Shown: positions 1 through 8,901, numbered from the stretch's first letter. The stretch: 64,000 bases of DNA from Burkholderiales bacterium (GCA_019744975.1 JAIETP010000008.1:5549-69548); one strand, 5' to 3'. Made by a program: numbers and translations. Notes: a model not told the origin generated them from the sequence alone.

Positions 1-139
1 TCAGCCGCATCGCCATCTCCGCCACCGAGGCCTTGGAACTCAGGCCAACCAGCGCGCCGATCCCTGAGTAGGAGGGCAGCATGCGGTGGCGGGCGTAGTA
101 GTCCTGCAGTTTTGCCAGATATTGAGTGTCGTCGGCCAT
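1..139 (-). CDS. lexA: LexA-family repressor, N-terminal wHTH (partial, runs off window start)
   Basis: Manual translation MADDTQYLAKLQDYYARHRMLPSYSGIGALVGLSSKASVAEMAMRL matches the LexA DNA-binding pattern PS..EI...G.SS.S.V; a palindromic box lies directly upstream. Confidence 0.75.
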   Translation of the reverse strand, partial: MADDTQYLAKLQDYYARHRMLPSYSGIGALVGLSSKASVAEMAMRL

Positions 140-150
140 GGAGTTACGAT

Positions 151-168
151 ACCGAACGATCGTTCGGT
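151..168. promoter_or_regulatory. Perfect palindrome ACCGAACGATCGTTCGGT, GAAC-N4-GTTC type SOS box
   Basis: 18-bp perfect palindrome 11 bp upstream of the lexA ATG. Confidence 0.75.
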
Positions 169-184
169 GGTCAATGTTGACCTC

Positions 185-248
185 GGTGATAAGTAACTGC
201 TGATTAGGTGATTAGGTGATTAGGTGATCGGTGATTGGTGATTCGGTG
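185..248. repeat. Short 7-8 bp tandem repeat (GGTGATT[A/C/G])n
   Basis: tgattagg tgattagg tgattagg tgatcgg tgattgg tgattcgg. Confidence 0.8.
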
Positions 249-292
249 CGGAAGGCGGGATGCGCGTTGCTTCTCCCGCCCTACGGGTTCTG

Positions 293-321
293 ACTTGAGG
301 TCACAAATTGTGACTTCAAGT
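293..321. repeat. Inverted repeat ACTTGAGGTCACAA-A-TTGTGACTTCAAGT
   Basis: 14-bp arms with 1 mismatch; a related palindrome AACTGGTCGCAATTTGCGACCGGTT lies at ~355-379. Confidence 0.75.
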
Positions 322-394
322 TTATAAGCTATTGATTTAATTATTAAAAATTATAACTGGTCGCAATTTGCGACCGGTTCGCCGCATATCCAGA

Positions 395-412
395 TATACC
401 TAATACGGTATA
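395..412. promoter_or_regulatory. Putative TA operator TATACC-N6-GGTATA
   Basis: Palindrome immediately upstream of the toxin ATG at 416. Confidence 0.5.
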
Positions 413-415
413 ATC

Positions 416-787
416 ATGACCAAGAAACCGGCAGTGCTGGAAAGACCTTTGCATTGGGTGGGCTCGGCAAAAAAGGATTTGCTGGAATTTCCGGCGCTGG
501 TAATTGATCGGCTCGGATATGGGCTGGGCGTGGTGCAGGCAGGCGGTATGCCGCCTGCCGCCAAGGCCTGGAAAGGCGAGGGGCCGGGCGTGTTTGAGTT
601 GGTTGAGGATTGGCGGGGTGATACCTGGCGCGTGGTGTTTGTGGTGCGCTTCGAAAAGGCGATTTATGTGTTGCATTGTTTTCAGAAAAAATCACCTTCC
701 GGGATGCGTACGGCGCAGCAGGATGTCGGATTGATTCACGAGCGCCTGAAAACGGCGCGTGCAGATTATGAGGTGCGTTATGGCTAA
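416..787 (+). CDS. Type II TA toxin, RelE/HigB (Gp49-like) family
   Basis: RPLHWVGSAKKDL...GVFELVED...IYVLHCFQKKS motif; precedes and overlaps an HTH gene. Confidence 0.9.
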   Translation: MTKKPAVLERPLHWVGSAKKDLLEFPALVIDRLGYGLGVVQAGGMPPAAKAWKGEGPGVFELVEDWRGDTWRVVFVVRFEKAIYVLHCFQKKSPSGMRTAQQDVGLIHERLKTARADYEVRYG

Positions 788-1160
788 AAAGGTCAAAGGC
801 AAGGCAAAGCAGTCCGCAGCAAAAGCGCGGCCCGGCAAACGCGGGGCGGTGGATGTTGGCAGCGGCAACGTGTTTGCCGATCTGGGCTACGCTGATTCAG
901 ATGAACGCCGGTTGCGCGTGCAGCTTGCCATGCAGTTGAATGAACTGATTGCCGCGCGTCCGCTTACGCAGGCGCAGGCCGCGGCGCTTTTCGGGATTCC
1001 GCAGCCGCATGTATCGGAGTTACGCAATTACAAGCTCACACGTTTTTCGTCGGAACGTTTGCTGCGTTTTCTGACGCAGCTTGATCGGGATGTACAGATA
1101 TTGATTCGCCCCAAGGCGCGTGGGAGTGCGGCTGGGTTGGTTTCGGTGTTGGTGGCGTGA
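780..1160 (+). CDS. HigA-type XRE/HTH_37 antitoxin
   Basis: GSGNVFADLG...LTQAQAAALFGIPQPHVSEL...FSSERLLRFL; ATG at 780 overlaps the toxin end. Confidence 0.9.
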   Translation: MAKKVKGKAKQSAAKARPGKRGAVDVGSGNVFADLGYADSDERRLRVQLAMQLNELIAARPLTQAQAAALFGIPQPHVSELRNYKLTRFSSERLLRFLTQLDRDVQILIRPKARGSAAGLVSVLVA

Positions 1161-1170
1161 ACTGCTGTTG

Positions 1171-1262
1171 GAGTAAGGCGCGACTGTGTCGCGCATGACC
1201 GAGGCGGACCGGCGGGTTACGCCCCGAAGGAAGTCCTATTGGGGGAAAACCCGCCTTACAGG
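1171..1262. repeat. REP-like element (GTAAGGCG...CGCCTTAC)
   Basis: Terminal inverted repeats; internal sequence resembles the element at 3366-3493. Confidence 0.55.
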
Positions 1263-1359
1263 TTCTACTAGTCCTCAGCCAGTCCCGGCGTTAGCCGCGG
1301 ATTCCGTATAACATGGCGCAACTTTGTACCCTTGTTTTCCCCTTGATAAAGGCAGAATC

Positions 1360-2337
1360 ATGCGTATTCAAATTCCGTATTTCACCTACATACTGACCGG
1401 CATCGCAGTACTGATGGTGCAACCGGCCGCAGCCCAGACTTATCCGTCGAAGCCGATCCGCATCCTGATTGCCCAGGCGCCGGGCAGCGCGACGGATAAC
1501 ATCAGCCGCGTGCTCACCAGCAAGCTCGCCGGGCAGATGGGCCAGCCGTTCGTGATTGAGGCGCGGCCGGGTGCCGGCGGTGCGGTCGGCACGGAAGCGG
1601 CGGCACGTTCGCCGGCTGATGGTTACACCCTGTTCATGGCCAACAATTCCACGCACGGTTCAAACCCCGCGGTGTACAAAAAGCTGCCCTACGATGCGAT
1701 CAAGGATTTCTCGCCGATCATCCTGATCGCGTCCACACCCTATGTGCTGACGGCGCACCCGTCGCTGCCGGTGAAGAATGTGAAGGAATTGATTGCGCTG
1801 GCGAAGAAGCGGCCGGGCGATCTCAACTACGGTTCCGCCGGCAACGGCAGCACCCATCACCTGAGCGGCGAGCTGCTGAAAACCATGGCGGGCATCAACC
1901 TCGTGCATGTGCCGTACAAGGGCACGACTCCCGCGCTGACCGGGCTGCTGAGCGGCGAAGTGTCGGTCATGTTCTTTACCGTGGTCGGGATTGAGCCGCA
2001 CGCGAAATCGGGCAAGGCGCGGGCGCTGGCGGTGACGACACCGAAACGCGCGAACTCGATGCCGGATCTGCCGACGATGACCGAGGCCGGTTATCCGGGT
2101 TTTGAAGTGACTTCGTGGTTCGGCCTGCTGGCGCCGGCGGGCACCCCCGCTGCCATCGTCAGCCGCGTCAATGCCGAGTCCGTGAAAGCCCTGGCGCTGC
2201 CCGATGTGAGTGGCGCCTTGAAGAAGATGGGCTTCGATGCGGTAGGCGGCACGCCGGAACAGTTTGCCGCACATATCAAGAGCGAGGTTGAGCGCTTCAC
2301 CAAGCTGGTAAAGGCGACCGGGATTACGGTGGATTGA
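1360..2337 (+). CDS. Bug/TctC tripartite tricarboxylate transporter substrate-binding protein
   Basis: Signal peptide, YPSKPIRI, DGYTL, HVPYKG motifs. Confidence 0.95.
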   Translation: MRIQIPYFTYILTGIAVLMVQPAAAQTYPSKPIRILIAQAPGSATDNISRVLTSKLAGQMGQPFVIEARPGAGGAVGTEAAARSPADGYTLFMANNSTHGSNPAVYKKLPYDAIKDFSPIILIASTPYVLTAHPSLPVKNVKELIALAKKRPGDLNYGSAGNGSTHHLSGELLKTMAGINLVHVPYKGTTPALTGLLSGEVSVMFFTVVGIEPHAKSGKARALAVTTPKRANSMPDLPTMTEAGYPGFEVTSWFGLLAPAGTPAAIVSRVNAESVKALALPDVSGALKKMGFDAVGGTPEQFAAHIKSEVERFTKLVKATGITVD

Positions 2338-2373
2338 ACAGCAGGATCTGAAGGGCAGCGCAGGGTGGCTTGA

Positions 2374-2415
2374 TAATACCCATATTGGGGTTTATCATAC
2401 CCAATATGGGTATTA
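2374..2415. promoter_or_regulatory. 16-bp perfect inverted repeat operator overlapping the start codon
   Basis: TAATACCCATATTGGG-N10-CCCAATATGGGTATTA. Confidence 0.7.
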
Positions 2416-3032
2416 AGAAAACAGACCAAGCCAAGGCACCAGCCGCTGTGGGGGTGGCCGATGCCTTGTTCACCAAGGTGCAGCAGCGGGTGCTCGCCGT
2501 GTTGTTCGGCAATCCGGGGCGGAGTTTTTATGCCAACGAGATCATCGTCCTCGCAGAATCCGGCACGGGTGCGGTACAGCGCGAGCTCACACGACTCGAG
2601 GCGTCCGGCCTGGTGACGGCGACTCGCGTGGGCAACCAGAAACACTATCAGGCCAATGCCGCGTCGGCGGTTTATGCTGAACTGCGCGGGCTGGTATTGA
2701 AAACCTCTGGACTCGCGGATGTGCTGCGTGCGGCCTTGCAGCCACTGGCGGCGCGCATTGAGAGCGCGTTTGTGTATGGCTCGGTGGCCAAGGGCGAGGA
2801 CACGGCGGCCAGTGATATAGACCTGATGGTGGTGAGCGATGCGCTGTCTCTCGCTGATCTGTTTGCGGCGCTGCAGAACGCCGAGGGCCGGCTCGGGCGC
2901 AAGGTGAATCCGACGGTCTATACCCGCAAGGAACTCGACAAGCGGATGCGCGCGGAAAATGCGTTTGTCCGGCGCGTGTGGTCGCAACCCCGGCTGCCGG
3001 TGATTGGGGAATTGCGTGGCTTCGCCGCTTGA
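2406..3032 (+). CDS. wHTH + minimal nucleotidyltransferase (MNT) antitoxin-like protein
   Basis: N-terminal HTH (GAVQRELTRLE); VYGSVAKGEDTAASDIDL NTase motif. Confidence 0.88.
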   Translation: MGIKKTDQAKAPAAVGVADALFTKVQQRVLAVLFGNPGRSFYANEIIVLAESGTGAVQRELTRLEASGLVTATRVGNQKHYQANAASAVYAELRGLVLKTSGLADVLRAALQPLAARIESAFVYGSVAKGEDTAASDIDLMVVSDALSLADLFAALQNAEGRLGRKVNPTVYTRKELDKRMRAENAFVRRVWSQPRLPVIGELRGFAA

Positions 3033-3162
3033 ATTGCTCAGCGGTTCGGGCAAGCCGTTGCGGCCTGAACCGCCGGATGCAAAGGAATTTTCCGGTTTGC
3101 AGCGTTCGGGCATGGCGAGCAAAGCGGTGGCCGCGGCACTGGAAAAACTCAAGCCGCTGTGA
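3016..3162 (+). pseudogene. Internally deleted remnant (48 aa) of the usual HEPN-like partner of the MNT gene
   Basis: VASPLELLSGSGKPLRPEPPDAKEFSGLQRSGM then abruptly ASKAVAAALEKLKPL*; overlaps the MNT stop. Confidence 0.6.
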
Positions 3163-3231
3163 AACCTTTTAATTCAGTTCAGTGGCTCACAAGTATCTGA
3201 GTTAACCTGAAGGCTTAACCAGGAGAACATC

Positions 3232-3351
3232 ATGGCCAAAGGTCAGCAACGCAGCAACAAGGAACAGAAAAAACCGAAAAAGGACAAGAAGGCCGTGCCG
3301 GTGGCGGGCGGGTTTCTTAAGCCCAAACAGAGTGAGCCGGTCCGGAAATAG
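3232..3351 (+). CDS. 39-aa small basic protein
   Basis: AGGAGA RBS; MAKGQQRSNKEQKKPKKDKKAVPVAGGFLKPKQSEPVRK. Confidence 0.7.
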   Translation: MAKGQQRSNKEQKKPKKDKKAVPVAGGFLKPKQSEPVRK

Positions 3352-3365
3352 TTGGGCTTGGTTGT

Positions 3366-3493
3366 CGTAGGGCGGATGAGCCGCGAAGCGGCGTTATCCG
3401 CCGGATGATTGTTTGCAATGAATGAGCAAAGCAAGGCACGACTGCGTCGTGCATGACAACGGCGAACCGGCGGGTTAACACCCGCCCTACGGG
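3366..3493. repeat. GTAG-type REP doublet
   Basis: CGTAGGGCGGATGAGCCGCGAAGCGGCGTTATCCGCC ... GGCGGGTTAACACCCGCCCTACG; a similar half element lies at ~254-287. Confidence 0.7.
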
Positions 3494-3503
3494 TTCTGCG
3501 GCA

Positions 3504-4619
3504 CTAACCGCGCTTCAATTCCGCGATTGATTTCACCAGCGCGCCATCCGCGCGTTTCAGCGGCCTGGTTGCGGCACGCGTGATGCCGAAGGTCGGCACG
3601 TATTGCGAGTGTTTGCCGGCGCCACCGGTGACGATGATGATCAGGTCATCGGGTTTCTGCCACATGTGCACGGGCGTATCGAGCGGGGCGTTGGCGTACT
3701 GCTCGGCGTTCCTGCGGCGGAAACGCCGCGCAATGTTTTCTTCGGAGAATCGCGACAGCGGGATCACCGCGTCGTCGTACAGCCATTGCTTCACTTGCGC
3801 CTTGGTCATGCCGCGGCTGGCGACGGTGGCGGCGTGTTCGGGGCCGAAGGCGAGCACCGGTTGCCCGGCGTAATAGGCGTTGTTCGATCCCGTGGTGGCC
3901 ATGGTGCCCGAGACCATGCGCAGGATGCCTTCCGGCGTCAGGCTTTCGTGGTCGTTGATGTTGTGCGGGCCTTCGGCGGCGACGACCGTCACGGTGGTGG
4001 TGTCCTTTGAGTAACCCATTTCCACATGCAGCGGTTCCCAGGGGCTGGCGGCTTCGTTCTCGGCGACGCAGAAGCTCCATTTCGCCGGTGTGCCCGCGGT
4101 GGCCATGTCTCCGGTGCCGGGGATGGCGGCGCCGATGTTGACCAGCGCCAGGCGCACTGCGCGACCGATGGTGGCATTGGCGCGGAAATAATTGCCCATC
4201 ACGTTGTGGCCGGCGTTGATGCCGACTTCGCGCGCCACCGGGCCGTTGAAAATCAGCATCGGTGTGCAGGGGTGGGTGGTCGCCTGCGTGCCATAGAGGT
4301 TGTATTGATCCTCGGCGAGTGTTTCCAGCGCCAGCAGCACCAGCGGGAAGTATTCCGGTTTGCAGCCGGCCATCACCGCATTGGCGGCGACGCGCACCGG
4401 CGTTGCAGCACCAAAACGCGGCGGGATCTTGATCACGGGTTGATCGAAATCGCGATCGCAGTACGACAGCATGCGTTCAACGCGCTCGGGTGTGGGCGGG
4501 ATCACGGGGAATCCGTCGCTCCAGCCTTTGGCGCAGAGCAGGTCGAACACAGCTTCCGGGTCGTCGTCGCATTCGATCAGTGCGCCGGGTTTTTGCAGCA
4601 GGGTGGTGATGGCGCTCAT
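3504..4619 (-). CDS. Conserved hypothetical protein, partner of the UGSC selenoprotein
   Basis: GWSDGFPVIPPTPERV, AANAVMAGC, RANATIGRA motifs; ATGA overlap with the upstream gene. Confidence 0.8.
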   Translation of the reverse strand: MSAITTLLQKPGALIECDDDPEAVFDLLCAKGWSDGFPVIPPTPERVERMLSYCDRDFDQPVIKIPPRFGAATPVRVAANAVMAGCKPEYFPLVLLALETLAEDQYNLYGTQATTHPCTPMLIFNGPVAREVGINAGHNVMGNYFRANATIGRAVRLALVNIGAAIPGTGDMATAGTPAKWSFCVAENEAASPWEPLHVEMGYSKDTTTVTVVAAEGPHNINDHESLTPEGILRMVSGTMATTGSNNAYYAGQPVLAFGPEHAATVASRGMTKAQVKQWLYDDAVIPLSRFSEENIARRFRRRNAEQYANAPLDTPVHMWQKPDDLIIIVTGGAGKHSQYVPTFGITRAATRPLKRADGALVKSIAELKRG

Positions 4620-5161
4620 GCGGGTTTCTCTTTGGAGGTATTGATGAACTTCAGTAACTGCGGCATCGCCACGGCAGCGCGTTCACGCACCTGGTCCATG
4701 TTCAGCCCGCCCAGCGGATGTTTGATTTCGAGCAAAGGCAGATCCGGCACGCCAAACACCTTGGCCTGCGCCTTGCCCAGCTTCATGAATGAATCCGAAA
4801 CCACCACGGCGGCCAGCAGGCCGCGTTTGGTCAACTGCGCCATGTCGTGGACACTCCACGACGTGCACGACCCTCAATCGGCCATGGCACTGACGACGAG
4901 GTCCGCCTCCTTCGCCAGCTGGTCGAGAATGGCATCGGTCGCCGGTTTGCTGGAAAAGGGTTTACGCGTCATCACCACCGAATCGACCTTGAAATCCTTT
5001 TTGACGCCTTCGATGATCATATTCAGCAGGTGGTCGGCATTGCCCTTGCTGTTGTCGAGCACGCCGAGGCGGATGCCGGCACCGCCCAGCGTGCGGCTGG
5101 ATTTGAGTTCGGCGGCCGCTTCAACCGGCGCATCCGGTACCACCAGGAATATCTTGCCCAT
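4616..5161 (-). CDS. UGSC-family selenoprotein (181 aa, in-frame UGA = Sec at 4874-4876)
   Basis: ORFs 4874..5161 and 4616..4843 are in frame and read AMAD-[TGA]-GSCTSWSVHD; LDNSKGNA and HPLGGL family motifs. Confidence 0.88.
4844..4862 (-). promoter_or_regulatory. Candidate bacterial SECIS hairpin
   Basis: GTCGTGGA-GTG-TCCACGAC perfect stem starting 11 nt after the UGA. Confidence 0.7.
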
Positions 5162-5204
5162 TGCAACTCCTTGTGAAAATTAACTACTTATTTCAAATAA
5201 CTAA

Positions 5205-5283
5205 CCGTTCGCCCTGAGCTTGTCGAAGGGCGGGCTTCGACAGAGCCTGTCCTGAGTTTGTCGAAGGGCTCAGCCCGAACGGG
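5205..5283. repeat. Intergenic palindromic repeat (CTGAGCTTGTCGAAG / CTTCGACA..CTCAG family), nested copy
   Basis: CCGTTCG...CTGAGCTTGTCGAAGGG...CTGAGTTTGTCGAAGGGCTCAGCCCGAACGG. Confidence 0.7.
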
Positions 5284-5305
5284 GTTAAGTGTTTTTCAAA
5301 GATCA

Positions 5306-6271
5306 TTAATTATTAACCTTGATCCCCGCCGCCTTGAACACCGGCGGCCATTTCTGCATTTCTTTTTTGACATGTTCGGTGAACTGCTCCGGTGTGTAGC
5401 TGACCGGATCAAAGCCGCGGGCTTCCATCTGCTGGTTCACATCCGGCAGTTTCAGGATGCGGTCGAATTCGGCATACAGCCGGTCGACGATGGGGCGCGG
5501 TGTTTTGCCCGGTGCGAGGATGCCGTAATAACCGTCAACGTCATATCCCGGCAGCGCGGCTTCGGCCACGGTCGGCACATCGGGCAGCGCCTTGACGCGT
5601 TTGGCCGAACCCACGGCGAGGGCGCGCAAGCGTCCGGCCTTGACGAAGGGAATCGCCGCACCCGGTGCCGTCATCAGCAAATGCACCTGGCCGCTGACGA
5701 CGGCCGTGGTCGCGTCGCCCGCGCCTTTGTACGGCACATGGACCATGTTGATGCTGCCCGCCATGTGTTTGAGCAGTTCGATCGACAGGTGGCCGCCGGT
5801 GCCGGCGCCGGAGGAGGCGTAGTTGAGTTCACCGGGGCGCGATTTGGCGAGTGCGATCAGTTCCTTGGTGGATTTCACCGGCAGCGAAGGATGCACCACC
5901 AGCACATTGGGTGAGAACGCCAGCAGGTTGATGCGCGCGAAATCCTCGATGGTGTCGTACGGCAGTTTGGAGTACAGGCTGGGGTTCAGCCCGTAGCCGG
6001 TGGCGACGATCAGGATGGTGTGGCCGTCGGGCGGCGCTTTGGCGACGATCTCGGAGCCGAGAATGCCGGCCGCGCCGGGGCGCAGATCCACCAGCACCTG
6101 CTGGCCCCAGTTCTCGGTGATCCTGGCGCCGAACAGCCGCGCCAGATAATCATTGCCGCCGCCGGCGGAAGAGGGCACGACGAAACGGATGGGTTTGCTT
6201 GGGTAGGTCTGTGCCTGCGCTGCACTTGTGATCAGCAACAGGGTGCAGAGCAGGATGATGGTTTTGTTCAT
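5306..6271 (-). CDS. Bug/TctC substrate-binding protein
   Basis: AQAQTYPSKPIRFVVP, PDGHT, HVPYKG. Confidence 0.95.
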   Translation of the reverse strand: MNKTIILLCTLLLITSAAQAQTYPSKPIRFVVPSSAGGGNDYLARLFGARITENWGQQVLVDLRPGAAGILGSEIVAKAPPDGHTILIVATGYGLNPSLYSKLPYDTIEDFARINLLAFSPNVLVVHPSLPVKSTKELIALAKSRPGELNYASSGAGTGGHLSIELLKHMAGSINMVHVPYKGAGDATTAVVSGQVHLLMTAPGAAIPFVKAGRLRALAVGSAKRVKALPDVPTVAEAALPGYDVDGYYGILAPGKTPRPIVDRLYAEFDRILKLPDVNQQMEARGFDPVSYTPEQFTEHVKKEMQKWPPVFKAAGIKVNN

Positions 6272-6296
6272 GGAGAAATCCTTAAAACTCTCACAT

Positions 6297-6375
6297 CGTC
6301 ATTCCGGCCAAGCGCAGCGCGAGCCGGAATCCAGTCGGTGCTAATTTATGGATTCCGGCTTTCGCCGGAATGACG
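6297..6375. repeat. Palindromic GTCATTCC...GGAATGAC repeat element
   Basis: CGTCATTCCGGC..GCCGGAATCCA..TGGATTCCGGCTTTCGCCGGAATGACG. Confidence 0.8.
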
Positions 6376-6400
6376 GATTTGGGTATTTGGTTGAGTCACG

Positions 6401-7366
6401 TTATTCCAGTTTCAAACCAGTTTTCTTAACCAATCCCCGCCATTTGTCATATTCGTTTTTCGCCTGCTGCGTGAATTCTCTCGGCGCGTTGCCGACAACC
6501 TCGGTGCCGCCGGCTTCCATGCCGGCAGCCACCTTGGGCTCATTGACGGCCTTGGCGGCTTCTTTGTACAACTGTTCAACAATTGCGGGCGGGAGTTTTG
6601 CCGGGCCGAACAGGCCGAACCAGGCACTGACTTCGTAGCCGGGTACCGTTTCGGCTATGGTCGGCAGATCCGGCAGCGCCTTGAGCCGTTTCTCGGTGGT
6701 CACGGCGATGCCGCGCATGCGCCCGGCTTTGATCAGCGGTTGCGCCGAGATCGGGCTGCCGAGCATCCAGTTCACCTGGCCGGAGATCACCGCGGGGTAA
6801 CCGTCGGCGACACCCTTGTACGGCACATGGGTCATTTTGGTATTGGTGAGGGCGGTGAGCAGTTCTGCGCCCATGTGCAATATGCCGCCGGTGCCGGATG
6901 AAGCGTAGGTGACGCTATCGGGTTTGGCTTTGGCCAGCGCAATCAGGTCGCTGACGGATTTCACCGGCAGCGACGGTGTGACCACGATGATGTACGGATT
7001 GGTGGTGAGCTTGGTGATCGGCTGGAAGTCGCGGATCGGGTCGTAACGCACGGTGCGGATCGCGGCATTGGTGAGGTAACTGCTGCTGCTGACCATCAGC
7101 GTGTAACCATCGGGCACCGCGCGCGCAACGATTTCCGCGCCAATGCTGCCGCCGGCACCGGCGCGGTTGTCGACGATGAAGGGCTGGCCCCACACGCTAT
7201 TGAAGTGCTGGCCGATCAGCCGCGCCAGACTGTCGACGCCGCCGCCCGCCGAAACGGGAACAACGATGCGCACCGGGCGTTCCGGGTAAGCCGCGGCGAT
7301 GGCGGTGAGCGGTGGGGTCAGCAGGGCGGCCATCAGTGCGGGCCGCAGTGTGCGTGAGATATTCAT
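6401..7366 (-). CDS. Bug/TctC substrate-binding protein
   Basis: YPERPVRIVVP, PDGYTL, HVPYKG; GGAGGAG RBS before the ATG at 7366. Confidence 0.95.
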   Translation of the reverse strand: MNISRTLRPALMAALLTPPLTAIAAAYPERPVRIVVPVSAGGGVDSLARLIGQHFNSVWGQPFIVDNRAGAGGSIGAEIVARAVPDGYTLMVSSSSYLTNAAIRTVRYDPIRDFQPITKLTTNPYIIVVTPSLPVKSVSDLIALAKAKPDSVTYASSGTGGILHMGAELLTALTNTKMTHVPYKGVADGYPAVISGQVNWMLGSPISAQPLIKAGRMRGIAVTTEKRLKALPDLPTIAETVPGYEVSAWFGLFGPAKLPPAIVEQLYKEAAKAVNEPKVAAGMEAGGTEVVGNAPREFTQQAKNEYDKWRGLVKKTGLKLE

Positions 7367-7576
7367 GAAATCTCCTCCGGTGTTGCAGCGCCTGTTTTTG
7401 TTGCGGGATCTTATGGGCCATATCTGTGACACGCGTGCAATTATCCGGCCCGCCAACTCTTGAGTAAAATGAAATTATTGCAACAATTGTTCGTGATGGC
7501 ACATCAATGGCCTGCTGATCAAAGTCGGGCCTGACAGATCGCGGTATGATGCGCTCCCCTCAGCCGCAGGCCGCAC

Positions 7577-8797
7577 ATGGATTTTGATGTCATCGTTCTG
7601 GGTGCCGGCGCCGCCGGCATGATGTGCGCCGCCACGGCCGGGCAGCGCGGGCGGCGGGTGCTGCTCATCGATCACGCCGCGACCCTTGCTGAAAAAATCC
7701 GCATCTCCGGTGGCGGGCGCTGCAATTTCACCAATCGTGAGGTCGGGCCGGGGAATTTTCTCTCGCGCAATCCGCATTTCTGCCGTTCGGCGCTGGCGCG
7801 TTATACGCCGCGCGATTTCATTGCGCTGGTCGAGCGCCACAACATTTCTTATCACGAACGCAACCTGGGCCAGCTGTTCTGTGATGACAGTGCGACGCAG
7901 ATCATCGCGATGCTCAAAGCCGAATGTGATGCCGCGGCTGTGCAGTGGGCGATGCCGGTGACGGTGGAGCGGGTGGCGCGGCTGGTGGGTGGTGAACAGG
8001 AGGATGCGCCGGGCTTCGAGGTGGCGACGAACAAGGGCAGTTATCGTACTCATGCGCTGGTGGTGGCCACCGGCGGACTGTCGATCCCGAAAATCGGCGC
8101 TACCCCGTTTGGTTACCGTTTGGCCGAACAATTCGGACTGAACATCGTGCCGCCCAAACCCGCGCTGGTGCCGCTGGCCCTGCCGCCGGAGTGGCTGGCG
8201 CAGTTCGGCGCCTTGTCCGGTTCATCATTTGATGCGGTGATGTCCTGCGTCGAGCTGCCGCGCGGCGCGCACTGGCCGGCGTTTCGCGAGGCGGCACTGG
8301 TCACCCATCGCGGCCTGTCGGGGCCGGCGATCCTGCAGGTGTCTTCGTACTGGCAGTTTGGCGGCGCGCGCGGGCCGGTGGCGATGGATCTGCTGCCGGA
8401 TCTCGACGCCGCTGCCTGGCTCAATGAACACCGCCGCGATCAACAGACGCTGGGCGCTTTGCTGGCGGAACATCTACCGCGGCGTTTTGCAATCAGCTTT
8501 GCCGAGTTGCACGGCTGGACGCAGCCACTGGCGCAGTTGTCCAACGCAACGCTGGCCGGCATCGCGCAGACGCTGAAGGGCTGGCCACTCCAGCCTTCGG
8601 GCACGCTGGGTTATGCCAAGGCCGAGGTCACGCTGGGCGGTGTGGATACTGACGAGTTGTCACAACAGACACTGGAGGCGTGCCGCGTGCCGGGGCTTTA
8701 TTTCATCGGCGAGGTGGTGGATGTGACGGGCTGGCTGGGCGGCTACAACTTTCAGTGGGCTTGGGCGTCGGGGCATGCGGCGGGGAGACACTGCTAG
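7577..8797 (+). CDS. HI0933/YhiN/BaiN-family FAD-dependent oxidoreductase
   Basis: GAGAAG, KIRISGGGRCNFTN, VATGGLS, GWLGGYNFQWAWASG. Confidence 0.95.
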   Translation: MDFDVIVLGAGAAGMMCAATAGQRGRRVLLIDHAATLAEKIRISGGGRCNFTNREVGPGNFLSRNPHFCRSALARYTPRDFIALVERHNISYHERNLGQLFCDDSATQIIAMLKAECDAAAVQWAMPVTVERVARLVGGEQEDAPGFEVATNKGSYRTHALVVATGGLSIPKIGATPFGYRLAEQFGLNIVPPKPALVPLALPPEWLAQFGALSGSSFDAVMSCVELPRGAHWPAFREAALVTHRGLSGPAILQVSSYWQFGGARGPVAMDLLPDLDAAAWLNEHRRDQQTLGALLAEHLPRRFAISFAELHGWTQPLAQLSNATLAGIAQTLKGWPLQPSGTLGYAKAEVTLGGVDTDELSQQTLEACRVPGLYFIGEVVDVTGWLGGYNFQWAWASGHAAGRHC

Positions 8798-8852
8798 TGA
8801 CTGGTGACTGGTGATTGGGTAATTAGGTGATTGGTAATGGGCGGGATTCTCT

Positions 8853-8872
8853 ATAAGTATTTGATTTTATTG
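8853..8872. promoter_or_regulatory. IHF-consensus-like 20-mer ATAAGTATTTGATTTTATTG
   Basis: Reverse complement contains AATCAAATACTTA (WATCAANNNNTTR); identical copies at 48466 and 55771. Confidence 0.6.
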
Positions 8873-8901
8873 TTATTTTAATGGGTCATCCTTGATGCAG
8901 G

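Noticed and set aside
416-3162. Integron cassette array or prophage around the TA modules
   Set aside because: No integrase or phage genes, and no convincing attC structure identified by eye
4616-5161. Nonsense pseudogene or two separate small genes
   Set aside because: UGA sits in a UxxC motif with a SECIS-like hairpin; better explained as selenocysteine
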